A DNA stretch of 64,000 nt, from contig OX597825.1 in assembly GCA_951406725.2 (NCBI GenBank), positions 39,990,001 through 40,054,000 of the forward strand, written 5' to 3'. Below the pieces are notes generated by a model. It had not been told where the DNA came from. It made no database searches and saw only the letters and a list, made by a program, of their open reading frames with translations. This stretch comes from Octopus vulgaris (lineage: Eukaryota). Numbering within the stretch: position 1 is the stretch's first letter; every line of letters starts with the position of its first letter. This document shows, piece by piece, positions 1-14,071 of this stretch. Position numbers and translations under genes: made by a program.

Positions 1-1918
1 GACTGTACTAATACATAAGGTGACGTAGTTCACTATTAGTATCTACGTTATTACGTTATTAATTTCATGATAAAGTTAGGTATTGTTAGTATTGATGATG
101 TCGTTTTTATTATACTTACTTTCATATTTATATCCTGCCTTCTTAAGTGCAAGGCTATATTTGTCTTTATGTTTGTTAAATATTTCTTCATTAGATGATA
201 ATAGATTAGTTCGTCTCTCTATGGTAGTGATCTGGTTTTCTATAATGTTAGATGGATGGTTAATTTGTGCGCTTATGCATGTGATATTGTTGTTAGCGTT
301 ATGGTTAAGTTGGTAGGTGGAAGTATTGAGGTAGAAGTTAACGTCTAGTAAGTTCACAGTGTTGCTATCTTTTTCAATGGTAATGGATAGTCCTTGGACT
401 TTCAAGAAATTGTGTTATCATTTTTTATAGAGTTCAAGTTTTCTCTTGGAGGTAATTCTAATAATTGAGAGTCATTTCGGTAAAATCCACCTTCTAATTC
501 AGAGAATTCTGAAGTTGGGGTAGTAAGTAAATCCCGACTAAATCGGTTACCTTTGTGGATTCTTGCGCGACCATGTGTACATCGAAACAGTTTGGTGTAT
601 CTTTCTTGGTCCAGTATTTACTTTCATGAAACATTATAGTCTTTCTAGCTTCAAGTAAAATTTTTATTTCTTTCATTGATTATTTAGTCTTACTCAAGTC
701 GAAGATAAGTGTCTTATTTCGGAAGATGGGGTTAATGGATTTTTGATAGTTGTCTATGTCCAGTTGAATAAATTTACGTTTTATCTTATCTTGTCGATTA
801 ATAAACTTGTCAATTGCATCTAGTGTTTTCAATCACAGGTAGAGTTTTAGCTTGAATTTCAATAATTTTAGGTACGATAATTTTGCTAAGTTTTCCAATG
901 TCAGATTTAAAAGGGTAGATGTGCCTTACTTTTGGATCGGTATGAATGTTAGGCTTGTAGTATTTTAGGCTAATTCTAGGCCTAGATAGTTCCTAAACTT
1001 CAATTACGTCGTAAATTCGCTATTCACCTCATTATTTCTTTGGTTTCAATATTAATAGATTTTAGAACATATTTGTTTATAATCATATATTTCTTTGTAA
1101 TTTCTTTGTGTAGGGGAATATGGTATAGATTTACATCTATGTTGTATCGATGTACGGGTTTTATCGGACTGTACGATTATACATATTAATTTTCGAAGTT
1201 CATTAACTGTATGCTTCAAATAGCGTAGGTGATTATTCTTGAGAATGTTTTCCTCAAACTTAATATTTTTAAGTAGATTCCGGTGGTTTGCTTCAAAATT
1301 TTCTAATACTGATTTGCTGGTGGGACTTTCCGGTATTTCAAATTGCTGCTGACTTTTATGAATTCTTCATTTGTTTTATCGTCAAATGTTCATTCTGCAC
1401 TATTTTCGTTGCCATAAAATAGAACTTTTCATCACATTCTTCTGGTGGGATAGTGGAGAGCTAATAGATATTTAACGTAAACAAGTGTTATAGAGGTTAT
1501 AAGGGTTAAAGAGAGAATAAGATGTGCAAGATGGACTTATGTTTGCACAACGACTAATATTCGTTAGTATGTATTAATTATAAGGTAGAAAATATAAATG
1601 CAAGATAGTAAAAACAGACTAAATAGATTTCAACATTACAATTTAGATACTAAATACTTGCTGTGGTTATAAATATGAATAAAATGAAGTTGAAAAGATA
1701 ATAGATGTTGGAATATGGGAAAATAAATCAATATAGTGGAGATAAACAAGCTGGGAATGAAAATAGTAGATGGAGGTTTTGTTTTATATGTATTGATGTG
1801 TAAGGTTATACAGTAACTATGTTTTCGTATATATAAATAGAAATTATGACGTAAGAAACTAGCTTGCATAATGTGAGAGATATTAATGGCATTAGGGTAG
1901 TATCAATAGTTAAGTAAT
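1..1918 (-). mobile_element. Decayed Penelope-like retroelement (RT region plus 5' region), possibly Hydra-clade
   Basis: ORF pieces 494-676 (FDVHMVAQESTKVTDLVGIYLL, resembling PLE FDVxMGSYDGAE..LVG) and 76-405 (GLSITIE..VNLLDV..NHPSNII, RT thumb). Many stops and frameshifts. 1460-1918 is homologous to 3781-4240. Confidence 0.75.
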
Positions 1919-1959
1919 ATATGGGAATGGAATAGCAAGAAAGAAATCAAAACTTTGTA

Positions 1960-4450
1960 TGAGAGTAGCTGACCACCCCCAAACACAACCCACCATTCCA
2001 ATAAAGTATGACACAACTTGGATCATAATCCTTTTTGACAAGCATCTAATATCTAAAATTATTAGATCCATTAGAATGATAATTAATGAAAATTTCAAAA
2101 ACTAAATATGTTAAAATATTTCATAAGAAAATTTGATTTGGATTTTCAGTCTCTCCAAATCGTTTTAGGATAATCACTTCTTTTAACAATAAGAAACTGG
2201 ATATATTATATAAATAAAAACTACGATAAATATATCTAGTACCTCCAATAATCCTATAATTAACAACTACTATAATGATAATAACTAAATTCTATTAACC
2301 CTCATAAATATAGACATAATACCATAGTACAGACCACTAATTTGAATTGTAATTGTAGAGACCCAAACACCTGTGAAGTAGATAGAAATTGCAAAATGAA
2401 AGAAGTTGTATACCAAACAAGTATTGTTACTCAGGATTCCTCTAGATACCTACACTTGGGTTGCACGAAAAATTCACTTATATCGAGACGTTATAATCAC
2501 AGATCTTCATTTGTGGACCCTAGAAAATAGAAACAATTTGGCACCTCAAAAGAAACAATATTGATAGTTCTGTCGCATGGTGAATCCTATCTTCTGCCCA
2601 CACCTGCAGATATAATAAAATATTTTTGGTCGTGTTTAGAAGAAAGCTATAGCATAATGAGAATGAATGGAAATTTGGTTAATACAAGGGATGAAAAGGT
2701 TGTAAATTCCTATTTATCACTCTAAAATATTTCTTCGCTCCCCCTTGCATAGATTAGTTTTGGTGCTTTTTAAAAATATTTCCATCTATTATCTTTTCCT
2801 ATGGCATACGATTACTCATCACATCCACTTTACATCCCTATATCGTACACTAACTTAGCATTCTTTATTTAAGATTTCCTTCTAACACTTCCATGACCTA
2901 CCATATATAATGCCAAGACTTTATCTGTCTCTTCTTACATCTCCTTTTCTCTCTATATAAGTTTTAAAATTATATTTTTCCGTAGTATATGATATACCTA
3001 TATTATTTTGTACCTATTTTCTACATGTTGCCACTAAAATGTATCGTTAAATTCGAACGTGTGCATGTGCGTATATGCGTATGTTTCGTATACACACATA
3101 TACACTCTATTTGTATATGTCTGTGTATTTATAACTATATGTGTGTGCCTCTTCTCTTTTTGCCCTTGTATGAATGTATGTTGCTTCTTCTTTTATGAAT
3201 ACTCTAATAAAAAAAAACAACTAGACTTCCTATATCTATGAATACTAATGTAAAATTATACCTCTACTCATGTATGAGGAAATATACTAACACTTTTTCT
3301 CTTAAAAGATTATGTTTTTACGACATTAAGAGAAAACTGTTTTTGTATACTTATGCGCACCCATATATTCGTGCTTCTTCTTATATTCATAATCTCTCTA
3401 TATATAAACGGCAGTTTGTCTGTGTGTGTTTCTGTGTGTCTGTTAGGTTGTACCCTCACCCTGACCACGGCTTTCAACCGATTCTGATGAAACTTGACAC
3501 ACACATAGCCCAATGTCATAATTCAAAACTAACGCAGGGAAAATTTTGAAAAGTTCCCCCAGTTCTGAAAAAAGTCGATAAATTCGATATGGGGTCGAGA
3601 ATATGAAACCCAAACCACAGACTGTCTAGGGGACGCAACTCGACCTTTTTAACTAAAAAAAAAATTTACCATAATTTTTTTTCCATTTTTTGGCTATAAC
3701 TCTCTAAAAATGCTTTATAGTTATTTCCCTTACAAACCCGAGCAACGCCGGGCGATACTGCTAGTACACAATACACGTCTATTACTTAAATATTAATACT
3801 ACGCTAATACCAGTAAATATACCTCCCACATTCTGCCAAACTAGATTCTTACCTTAAAGTTTTTATTTATTTTTACTAGAACATGTTCACTGTATAACCT
3901 TATTTATCAATACATAAAATAAACCCCTTATCTACTATTTTCATTCCCAGCTCATTTATCTCTCCTACCTTGATTTATTTTTCGTAATCCAACGTATATT
4001 ATATTTTCACTTACTTCACCTTTTCATCTTTATAACCACAGCAAATATTTATTGCAAATATCTAAATTGCAATATTAACAACTATTTTTTTCGGTTTTTA
4101 ATTATTTTATACCTTATATTTAATACATACAAAGGCGTATTAGTTGCTATGCAAACGTAGGCCCATCTCACGACTCTTAATGTCTCTTTAACCCGTTGTA
4201 CCATTCTAACACTCGTTTACTTTAACTATCTAGTTGCTCTTTATACACTACGTCATCTGTATTAAATTCATTCTCATGTATAAAATCTTTTTTTAAAATA
4301 TACACCAAAGCTAAGTAATGTTTTTCTCTGTCAAATATATTCATGCCTTTCCATTGGGCATTTGTATACAAGTTTTTGCCCTATGTGACTTATGTGATGT
4401 TAAAATTTCTAGTCCCCTTACACATCTATAGAAGGGACGTCTCTGAAACT
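1960..4450 (+). mobile_element. Decayed Penelope-like element: linker and GIY-YIG endonuclease, 3' region and a second copy of the family's 5' region; interrupted by a Helitron
   Basis: ORF 2342-2530 reads CNCRDPNTC...VVYQ...YLHLGCTKNS..RRYNHRSSF, a CxCx5C motif followed by a GIY-YIG-like VVY/HLG pair. 3781-4240 is an inverted diverged copy of 1460-1918. Confidence 0.7.
3393..3764 (+). mobile_element. Non-autonomous Helitron (372 bp)
   Basis: 5' TC(TCTCTATATATAAA), 3' hairpin CCCGAGCAACGCCGGG followed by a CTAG end. Inserted between A and T with no TSD. A near-identical copy lies at 39545-39919. Confidence 0.9.
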
Positions 4451-4754
4451 ACTTTTACATATATTTTCAAATAACCGTTATAGCCTTTAGTTATAGCTAA
4501 CACCTAACTGGAAAGGCATCTCTTTTTGTCATAAGGATTAATTTGAAAATCCTAGATTTTATTCTGCAAGCTCCCTTCTCAAGTTCATTGTAAAAACGTT
4601 GTTTATAAGTCTTGCACTGAAGATTGCATTGATATACATACAATTAATTATTCAAATTTAATTTCAATTCAGTAAAGATCGTCTGCATAAATGAAAATAA
4701 TATTATATGCATGTATATATATGTTATATATGCGCATAAATATATATGCGTATA

Positions 4755-4816
<62 letters not shown>

Positions 4817-4884
4817 CATGTATATTTATATGCGTGTATATATTTCTATGCATGTATATATATATGTAGATACATGTACATATA

Positions 4885-4944
<60 letters not shown>

Positions 4945-4964
4945 TGTGTATATATATATATATT

Positions 4965-5170
4965 TGTGTGTGTGTCTCGGTTTGTACTCCCACCATCGCT
5001 TGACAACCGTTGTAGTTGTGTTTGCGTTCCCGTAACTTATCCGTTTGGCAAAACAAAACTGCTAGAATAAGTACTAGGCTTACAAAGAATACATCCTGGG
5101 TCGATTTCTTCGATTATAGGCGGTGCTCCAGCATGTCCGCAATCGAATGACCAATACAAGTAAAACAATA
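4965..5170 (+). mobile_element. SINE 3' portion
   Basis: Resembles the reverse complement of 60700-60825 and shares an AATAAGTAC...GGGTCGAT block with the 55.1-kb SINEs. Confidence 0.55.
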
Positions 5171-6229
5171 GCAAACTATACCATTTTAATCCTGAGCAAG
5201 CTGGGTATTTCTAGTAGTTAAGTATGCCATCGAATATACTAAAAATACCTTCTTCTAAACATTTAATATCTAAGTTTGTATACATTGTCGAAAAATCTTA
5301 CACATAATACTCTTAATCTTCTTGCAGTTCCTCAGTCTATGTGTAAACATATACACGCACACAAACCCACCCATACTCACGCAACACACACACAAATATA
5401 TATGTATAACTTTCAACGCCAATTATTGTCACTTGATAGTAACACACAGACGTAGCGAGAAACCTACAAAAAAGTATAAGATCAGACATGCGAGTGTCCT
5501 CTACCAATCAAATCCTATTCAAAATCCTATACTAATTTGAGTCATGAGCTCCCTATAAAAATAGGGCAATCTTCAATCACTACTCAGAAGCATCACATCT
5601 GCGACATAAGCCAGGTCTCTCTCTTTGAAAATCAGTGTAAACTGTGAAACTGTTTAAAATATAAATATATTAATGACAAATATTTAACTATCTTAAGTGC
5701 ATTTTCAACTTCTATTCCCCCTACACACATACAGACTTAAACACACACGCGCACACACACAAACATACGCATAGATATATTTGTATACATACATATATAT
5801 GGGTAGGATATATAATAAAGTTACTTTAATAAAGTTATTTTAACGACTCATTTACAGATATTTCTGAACTAATAGGATCAAACGTATATGCCCTTGAAAA
5901 TTTAACAAAAATATAGTTTCCTTTTTCAACATTTAGATTGATGTTATTTCTAAAAATCATTAAAGGTTCGAATCTATGCAATGCAATACAATCAAAATGC
6001 AAATACAGAACATTCAATTGCTAAAATCCATCGATTACACTGATTCCGATGTGAAGTTTGGTTTTGTTTTCCCTATATTTAGCTTCATATATTCACAAAT
6101 ATTAAATCCGATTTTGCTTCACTTTCAATATCACTTCTAGGAATTCGATTCCCCAATAAAATTATCATTAATCAAAATTTTATGATAATTAATGCAAAAC
6201 AATTCCACTCACTCGTCCCTCGAGATTCG

Positions 6230-6549
6230 TCTTCCATACAGTATATGCGATTCTTTGTTTACTCATCTACGGTACACTACGTATTTTCTTTTAATGTATT
6301 TTAATTAATGTGTTATACAGTGCATTACGGTATTCCATTATTATTTATTAATTTATTATATTTAGGCGTGAAAAGGCATATTTTACCACAGAAATAGTTA
6401 GAATCTAACAATTATAAATACCTATCAGCTGCAGAGCGCCGTCGTATACTAAATGGTACTCGACATAAATTGACCTATATTAAGTAGAAAAATCCGCGAT
6501 GCACTGAGTATGTGATAGGACAACCGTGATATGGTGAGAGATTACTGTA
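6230..6549. mobile_element. Possible end of a pogo/Tigger-like DNA transposon
   Basis: Ends in CCGTGATATGGTGAGAGATTACTG followed by TA, resembling a CAGTAATCCCTCG-type TIR. No partner TIR found. Confidence 0.3.
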
Positions 6550-6894
6550 TATGTGCGTGTGTGTTTGTGTGTGTGTGTATCTGCATTTATAAATTTATTT
6601 ATTGTGAAATGTATCGTTTACGGATTCAATGCATATAAAATAGACATCGTTTTGTATGTTGATGATTTCGATATGATATTTAAGTTTTGAATTACATATA
6701 CGTCAAACAAATATGTAAATACGTTTTGGTGAGAAAAAGTAGCAAATATATGTGAAGAAATTTGAAAATTATATCAATTGTTAAAAACAATTTCACACTC
6801 AAATATATGTCATTGTTCGAAGTAAACGCGTGTGGGAATTAAATTCGCGCTCGAATGTGTGTATACCTATATTTATATAAAAATTCATGTGTAT

Positions 6895-7420
<526 letters not shown>

Positions 7421-7950
7421 ATATATATATATATGCACACACACACACACATAGAAACAAAAGATCAGGATTCAAGATAACCAGACACCTACATTTTAAG
7501 GCAGGCACTAGGTTTGATCAAAATTTAAATGAGTGAGCAGCAAAAATAGACGAATACATACGCATGTATCAAACTACAGGCAGAAAGATATTCAGGTTAG
7601 ATATACGATCAATCGCGGGGATGAAATACTTCGTTGTCTCAGCCCCCGCTACCCAGTCCTGTAACCTCTATCTATGCTACAAATCTTAAGTCCCCCGTTA
7701 CATACACAAGACATCGCATTGTCTCCTATTATAATACTATCTTTCTGAACTAACTAATTTGTTCTACGACTAAAAAGGCTCGAAGTATAATGCAGGCCCA
7801 TATGCCGTTGAATTTTCAATCTTCCTAAATGTTGTTCATACACTTACCAGATGGAAACGGTGTTTTCTAATGATGTAATGCCTCCATTAATCAATTAAAA
7901 AGTCGTGGGAAACAGCTGTAGTGAATTGACATATTAACCATCAGTTGTTA

Positions 7951-8050
7951 TACATATACACACACATACATATACATACACACACATACATATACATACA
8001 CACACATACATATACATACACACACATACATATACATACACACACACATA
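7951..8050. repeat. 20-bp minisatellite (about 5 units, TATACATACACACACATACA)
   Basis: Directly visible tandem periodicity. Confidence 0.85.
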
Positions 8051-8487
8051 TTTATATATATAGAGAGGCTGTCCAGAAGTGAAGGCATCCGAGCTTTCGG
8101 CATTAATAAGTATCAATAAATATGATAAGATATGAGAATTGTGCATCATTATACAAGCTTAGCGTGTCTTCTTTTTTTTTCGGACTAAATAGGTTCAGAT
8201 TTATAAATTAGATAATAGCTATAGACATAAATACAATCATGACCCTCCACAAAGGAGGCGAATCTAACATGGCTATAGCAAAAATTTAAATGAACAACAG
8301 CCTGGACAATTGTGAATAAATTTCAAGAAACTGATTGCACCACTCATCGAACTAGGCTTGACCGAAAAGACGTGTGTGGACTCTTCAGCTTATCGAAATT
8401 ACAAGAGGAAGGATTAGGCAAAATATTCGTCTTTCCGTAAGAAATCTGTTTGCCTCGGCAGAAATAAGCCGAACAAGGATGTATTAA

Positions 8488-8575
8488 GCGCTGACGGAGA
8501 ATCACAGAAACTACCCCTACAAGACGATCTGCCTTCTTGTAGGGGTGGTTCCTGTGATCCTCCATCAACGTGCCT
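8488..8575. other. Imperfect fold-back hairpin with about 35-bp arms
   Basis: TGACGGAGAATCACAGAAACTACCCCTACAAGA, a 10-nt loop, then TCTTGTAGGGGTGGTTCCTGTGATCCTCCATCA. Confidence 0.8.
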
Positions 8576-10319
8576 TCAGATTGCTTAAGGTACGCTGTCT
8601 CACCTGTTGTTCAGTGATACAAATATGTTGAAATTCTATATTTTTCACTTTGATATTCTTCAACCTTCAGAGAGATCCAAAGTTGGAAATATTACGAAAC
8701 AATTTGCATCAAGGTGTTTGGAAATGATTCTCTTCTGTTTATTGCTTGGTTCAATTTTCTATTTTCCTATTTTTTCTGGCAAAATTCTTTGCAGCCTTTT
8801 GTCCATTTCTGTATTCACAACTCAGATTCTCTCACGTTTAGTTCCTCTTTCTTCCCTTCGGGTAGATAAATTACATAGCAGTGGAGTATTTGTGTTCTTG
8901 TGTCCGACTTACACCGTCCTTTAAATTTTTGCGTCCGATCTAGTATTATAGGCATTAAACGAAAAGGATTGCACTTTATCTTTCTTTGAATTTGGGAAAT
9001 ATGAATTCAAAGGGCATGCTCCCGCTAAGTCTTGATGGATTTGTATCTTATCCTTTTAGGGTCCACAAAATAAATAGCAGGTGAGTATTGGGGTAAATGC
9101 AGTCGATTTGCCCCTATCCCGAAATTGAAGGTCCAATATCAAAATCTGAACTCAATATAATAGGCGTATTAACTAGTTTTGCATTGTGTTTTTAGTGCCA
9201 AAATATATAAGCAAACAATCATAAAATGCCACTGTTCTACTCTGTGATGAGAATTTATACTTCAAATTAATTTTCCATTTAAAGTAAATTTGGTTTCTGT
9301 GATTTTTATATAGACTCCGAGGCTTTCAGAAACTAACTACTCCTAACGTTACACAAAATTGAACAATAACGATGAGATTGAAAGTGACAGGTATGAGCAT
9401 TTAGACATGATACTCATTTGTCATTCTCGCTATAAAAACACATGGCCACGCAGACAGAGCTAGACGTATTGAAATAAGTAATTATAACACCACAGATGCA
9501 CACGGACACTTATAAGCATATATACAATATGCTATTCTTCATTTACACAGATGATTGAAACAGAGATAGGTTTAGCATACGTGTACATATTGTCAGCTGC
9601 CGTTTATAAATAAATATGAAGCTACATTAATTCCATTAAGAAATTATCTTGTTATCGCCACCTGGATACATAATTTGTTACGTCATGCAATATGTTTTCA
9701 TACTGAACAAAAGATATTTTTAAAGTAAATATTCTATTTGTCTTTTAAATTTAACTGAAGTTTAACATTTCTCAAGTTAGCAGCTGCTAACGTTGTTTGT
9801 TATAACTAGCTGTGAGTGACATAAACTTTATTTTACAGCTGCATTGAAAGATACGGGGACTTACATGCTATGGATACGCAGATAGATTTCATTATTTTTT
9901 CGTAACCATGATAATAATCGTCATCATCATCATCATCTTCATCATCATCATCATTGTAGTCGTCGTCGTCGTCATCTTGATCAACGTCATCATCATCATC
10001 ATCATTTTCATTACTATTATTATAATTTTTTTATTATTATTATTATGAGGAGGAGGAGGAGGAGGAAGAGGAGGAGCAGCAGGTGAAGAGAAGGGAAGGA
10101 GGAGAATGTGGAGAGAGAGGAAATTTAGGATATAATGTTAATACTGCGTTAATGTGTCTGAAAAGTTATGCGCCACGTAAAGAAAAAATAACGGCAGTGT
10201 GAGACCCAAAACCTGATTAAATCAGTAGAATTCAAAAAGAAAATCAAGAACAACACAAATGAATATAAATGGAACTGCGTGGCCAACTCTTGTAATAAAA
10301 CGAGAATGCTAGAATTATT

Positions 10320-10550
10320 GATTGTTGGCTAAGTTCGACGGACTAAGTTCGAACTTGAAGCGAGTCAGAAATGTTAATCATACCCGCTCACGAACGAACA
10401 TTTAGAACGAATTTAGTAAGGACAAAGATCGACAACACTCAGTCATACTTCAAATATAGGATATGTCGGAAAGCAAACGAATTTATTAATCACCTTTCGC
10501 GTGAATGCAGTATATTAGCACTAAAGGACTATATACGCAGCCGTAAATTT
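10320..10550 (+). mobile_element. Old R4-like LINE fragment (pre-zinc-knuckle/CCHC region)
   Basis: LIIPAHERTFRTN..KIDNTQ..YRICRKANEFINHLSREC aligns by eye to AAQDQSLPTRNY..CRICG..ETINHIISGC of the 38-kb LINE. Confidence 0.65.
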
Positions 10551-11297
10551 GTAGGCTCTACACAGGTGACATCGTAGCTTTCTATTCTCGATCTGGAAGT
10601 GCAACTCTTCCCTTCCCGCAAGGCGAATTAGGTTTGTGACCTTGTGGATTGTGTCTGGTTTAAAATAAAGTAACCCCCTCTCTCCTCACTGTTCGCAGAC
10701 CAATTATCATGATTGGTCCTTCTCACCGCCAGGAAGCTGTTACCTTCCTTCGATAACGATACGCGCTAAAATTCAGCATAAATTTACCACTTTATACGTC
10801 TTTATAATTACGGTTATTCTTTCTAAATACAATTGATGGATTTATAATTTTAGTTCCGACAGAGATCGGTGGAATGTTTGGCAGCCAGAGCTACTTTCTT
10901 GAAGACCACTACAATATCGTAACATGTCTGGCTCTCGAGATATTTTGAATGCGAATGTGGCGCATTATCTCTTTCAATGCACCTATCACATCACCTGACT
11001 ATTTGCCTTCAGTTGCTTTGTGTTTATAAAACACACATAAATTACAGATGGCTGATGTATTTGGTATTGTCACGTGCTGTATTGTCGTCGTATTATTGCT
11101 AGTCTAAGTGGTGCCAAATCATTCCTCTTTCAAGGGCATCAATTTCCCCCTTAAATTCCAATATTACAAATATCTGCATCTCTCATCAAATTTTCAACAG
11201 CATTAAATTGTATTTCAAATAGCGTTGTCATCTTGAGAATCGAAACCGGGTACAAAGCAGCCTTTTGAGAGAGAGAGAGAGGGGAGAGAGAGAGAGA

Positions 11298-11349
<52 letters not shown>

Positions 11350-11636
11350 TTTTAGCCTCGTTTGAAAATGAACTTTCTACTAAAAGACTTGTTTGCACAA
11401 TGCAGATAAATTTTCTGCTTTATGAAGTAAATATTACTATAGATGCTTTCACTCCTTCATTATATGAGCATAACTTTTGTTAATATTGGGACAGTGAGTT
11501 AGAATTTCATGATATTATTTTTTACTAATTTATATATTATTTATTCATTAACGACTTAATGCCCAAGAATCACTTGTAAATATAAATTACAGTATGTATA
11601 AGCATCTTAATTTCCTTCTAGGTACTTATGCGTGTG

Positions 11637-12031
11637 AATAAAAAATTGCCAACTTTTAAAAACCGAAAATTATCCCAAAACTTACAATAATTAATCACAT
11701 CAAAGCGAAATGAAAAAAATTAAAATTTTCAGTTCCAGGGGCCCAACGTGTAAAAATTTTAGTCCAAAGACTATGTATAAATTATAAAATACAATGTACA
11801 TTTAAACATATGAGGAATCCACTCGTGGGATTCAACGCAGTAGAAGGAACAGCTAGTTTCCATAACCACAAAATTAGGGATATGATTAATATATAGTTTT
11901 GGACTAAATTCTTTACACGTTGGGCCACTGGAAATGAACATTTTAATTAATTTCCATTTCCCTTTCATATGATTAAGTATTGTAAGTCTTTGGATAATTT
12001 TCGGTTTTTAAAAGTCGGCATTTTTTTTATT
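11637..12031. mobile_element. MITE-like fold-back element with about 145-bp imperfect inverted repeats
   Basis: 11637-11780 (AATAAAAAATTGCCAACTTTTAAAAACCGAAAATTATCC...GGCCCAACGTGTAAA) is inverted at 11888-12031. Confidence 0.75.
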
Positions 12032-12377
12032 GTAGGTGAAGGGCTACGGCTGCGCGGTAGATTTTGAAATAATTAGGATGTATAAACAAGAGGCACATAA
12101 TTTGATCGCCTCGTGTTTATATATTTAACCCAAGGTGTTCCTGCTGAGGACGATTTCACCTAGCAAGCATATGTTATTTTACTTGCTAAACAAAAATCAG
12201 AAACCAAATTGGTCCAGGAAACTAGATGGTAAAATATTTTTTCTTTTTTATTTCGCTCCTGTCGAATTTTATCTCTAATTTCATGGTTACGGACCCTAGC
12301 TATTTTCTCTAGCTTGTTGAATCCCACGAGTAGATTCCTCATGTGTTTAAATGTACACTGTATTTTATATATAATTA

Positions 12378-12417
<40 letters not shown>

Positions 12418-12455
12418 AACAAAGTGTACGCACGCCGCTATATATATATATATAT

Positions 12456-12832
12456 AAAATAAAATACAAAATGAGACAAGAATGCAAGACATCCGGACAA
12501 CTAGGTGATACAAAAAGAGACAAAAAACATCCAGACAGACGATACAAAATACACGGACGGGTCATTCGAAACCTTTTATCTTCAGTCAAGAACCGGATCA
12601 TCCTTGCAATTTCAGCTGATTAATCTTGAGTTAGCTCCAATCTGGCCAGTCCCAAGGACAAACTAAGCTAAGAGCATTAGTTTCGTTGGAAGAAAGCATC
12701 GAATATATACGAAAACAAGTACGGAAAAACAGACGATGTTACACGAATATAAATACACAATACTATAATAATAATAATAATAATAATTATTATAATAATA
12801 ATAATAATAATAATAATTATTATTATTATTAT

Positions 12833-12880
<48 letters not shown>

Positions 12881-13327
12881 CACAGGACATAACAACAGGC
12901 GTCTTTCGACTGGAGACGAATTGAATTCAGCTGGCATGTCGGGAATTAATCCTTACAGCAGAGGGAAGAATATCGATGTGGCAGTGACCGTGGTCAAACG
13001 CAAAAAGGGCTAGCAGTCGGCCAACGGTCACGTGAGAAGAGAAGCGGGAGTAAAAACGAACAAAGGAATTAAGGAGGGGGAGAAGAGAGAGAGAGTGTGT
13101 AGCAGTACATAGACCGAAAAATCAAGGAGTGGCGAGAAAATAAGAGAGACAAGGACATAGTGAAGTGCAAAGAAAGAAAGGCAAATAAATGTGAGAGAGT
13201 GTTGAAGAAGTAAAATAATTTAGTTAAATGTGTACTTACATATAAGAGAACATGATTTGTTGTCTCTTCTTGCATCACCTATTTGTCCGGAGGTTTTGCG
13301 TTCTTGTCCCATTTTGTATTTGATTTA
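12456..13327. mobile_element. Non-coding element with about 65-bp inverted ends, inserted in (TA)n
   Basis: AAATACAAAATGAGACAAGAATGCAAGACATCCGGACAACTAGGTGATACAA is inverted at 13262-13327. (TA)n on both sides and an internal (AAT)n tract. Confidence 0.7.
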
Positions 13328-13328
13328 C

Positions 13329-13380
<52 letters not shown>

Positions 13381-13439
13381 CATATTAAACTGTAGGAAAT
13401 ATAAATGTGACGATCTGAAGAGTGGAATACGATGTTTGT

Positions 13440-13712
13440 GGTCAATGAGGAGAGTATACTTGTTACTAATACTAATTGGTGCTCTTCTAAGCTTCAGCAC
13501 TGAACTACCAATATGGCTAAAATATGATTGGTGCAGCGTAAAGGTAGAACACCTACAATAATCGGCATTGCTTAGAACTTCAAGAATTCTCCGCAGAATG
13601 CATGACGGTAAACAAGTTTCCCCTTAGTCTGCTTGCTGTGGAAAGCGGACTTTTTCCTTCATGTCCAACAAAATGAGCTGTGAATATTAACTACATGATA
13701 AAAGAAATAATA
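13440..13712 (+). mobile_element. RLE-LINE (R4-like) 3' end fragment
   Basis: Decayed ...IGAL..STELPIWLK..SVKVEHLQ*SALLRTSRILRR plus 3' UTR. Same family as 13838-14040. Confidence 0.65.
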
Positions 13713-13715
13713 ATA

Positions 13716-13875
13716 TACTCAACTACCAACATGGCTGAAAAAGATCGAAGCAAGCCCCCCAACTACCAACGTGGCGGAAAAAATCGATGCAAGCTACTCA
13801 ACTACCAACATGACTGATAAAAAAAGGATGTAAGTCACCCAACTAGCAGCATGGCTGTAAAACATCGGCGCAAGT
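13716..13875 (+). repeat. About 39-bp minisatellite (4 units) derived from LINE coding sequence
   Basis: The unit CAACTACCAACATGGCTGAAAAAGATCGAAGCAAG matches LINE sequence at 13503-13537. The last unit runs into GTGAAGGTAGAACACCTAC. Confidence 0.8.
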
Positions 13876-14039
13876 GTGAAGGTAGAACACCTACACAAAT
13901 CAGCATCATTTAGAACTGCAAGAATTCTTCGCAGGGTTCTTGAAGCATGACCAGTGAACAAGTGTCACCTTAGTATGCTAGCTGTGGACGAATGACACAT
14001 TCCATCATAGCCAGCAAAATAAGCTGTGAGTTTTCATCA

Positions 14040-14040
<1 letters not shown>
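13838..14040 (+). mobile_element. RLE-LINE 3' end with (TAA)n tail
   Basis: Encodes ..ASVKVEHLHKSASFRTARILRRVLEA*, then 3' UTR and (AAT)n. Confidence 0.75.

Positions 14041-14070
<30 letters not shown>

Positions 14071-14071
<1 letters not shown>

Noticed and set aside
5190-5215. CCTGAGCAAGCTGGG...CTAGT resembling a Helitron 3' end
   Set aside because: Too short and decayed, and no matching 5' end was identified.
12555-12655. Minus-strand CTGAAGA and GAAA motifs as a hammerhead
   Set aside because: The order and pairing do not give a canonical core: CTGAAGA is followed by GAAT, and the GAAA lacks a UH with stem I.
13716-13875. Array of about 39-bp units that could suggest CRISPR
   Set aside because: There are no unique spacers and no cas genes, the context is eukaryotic, and the unit derives from LINE sequence.
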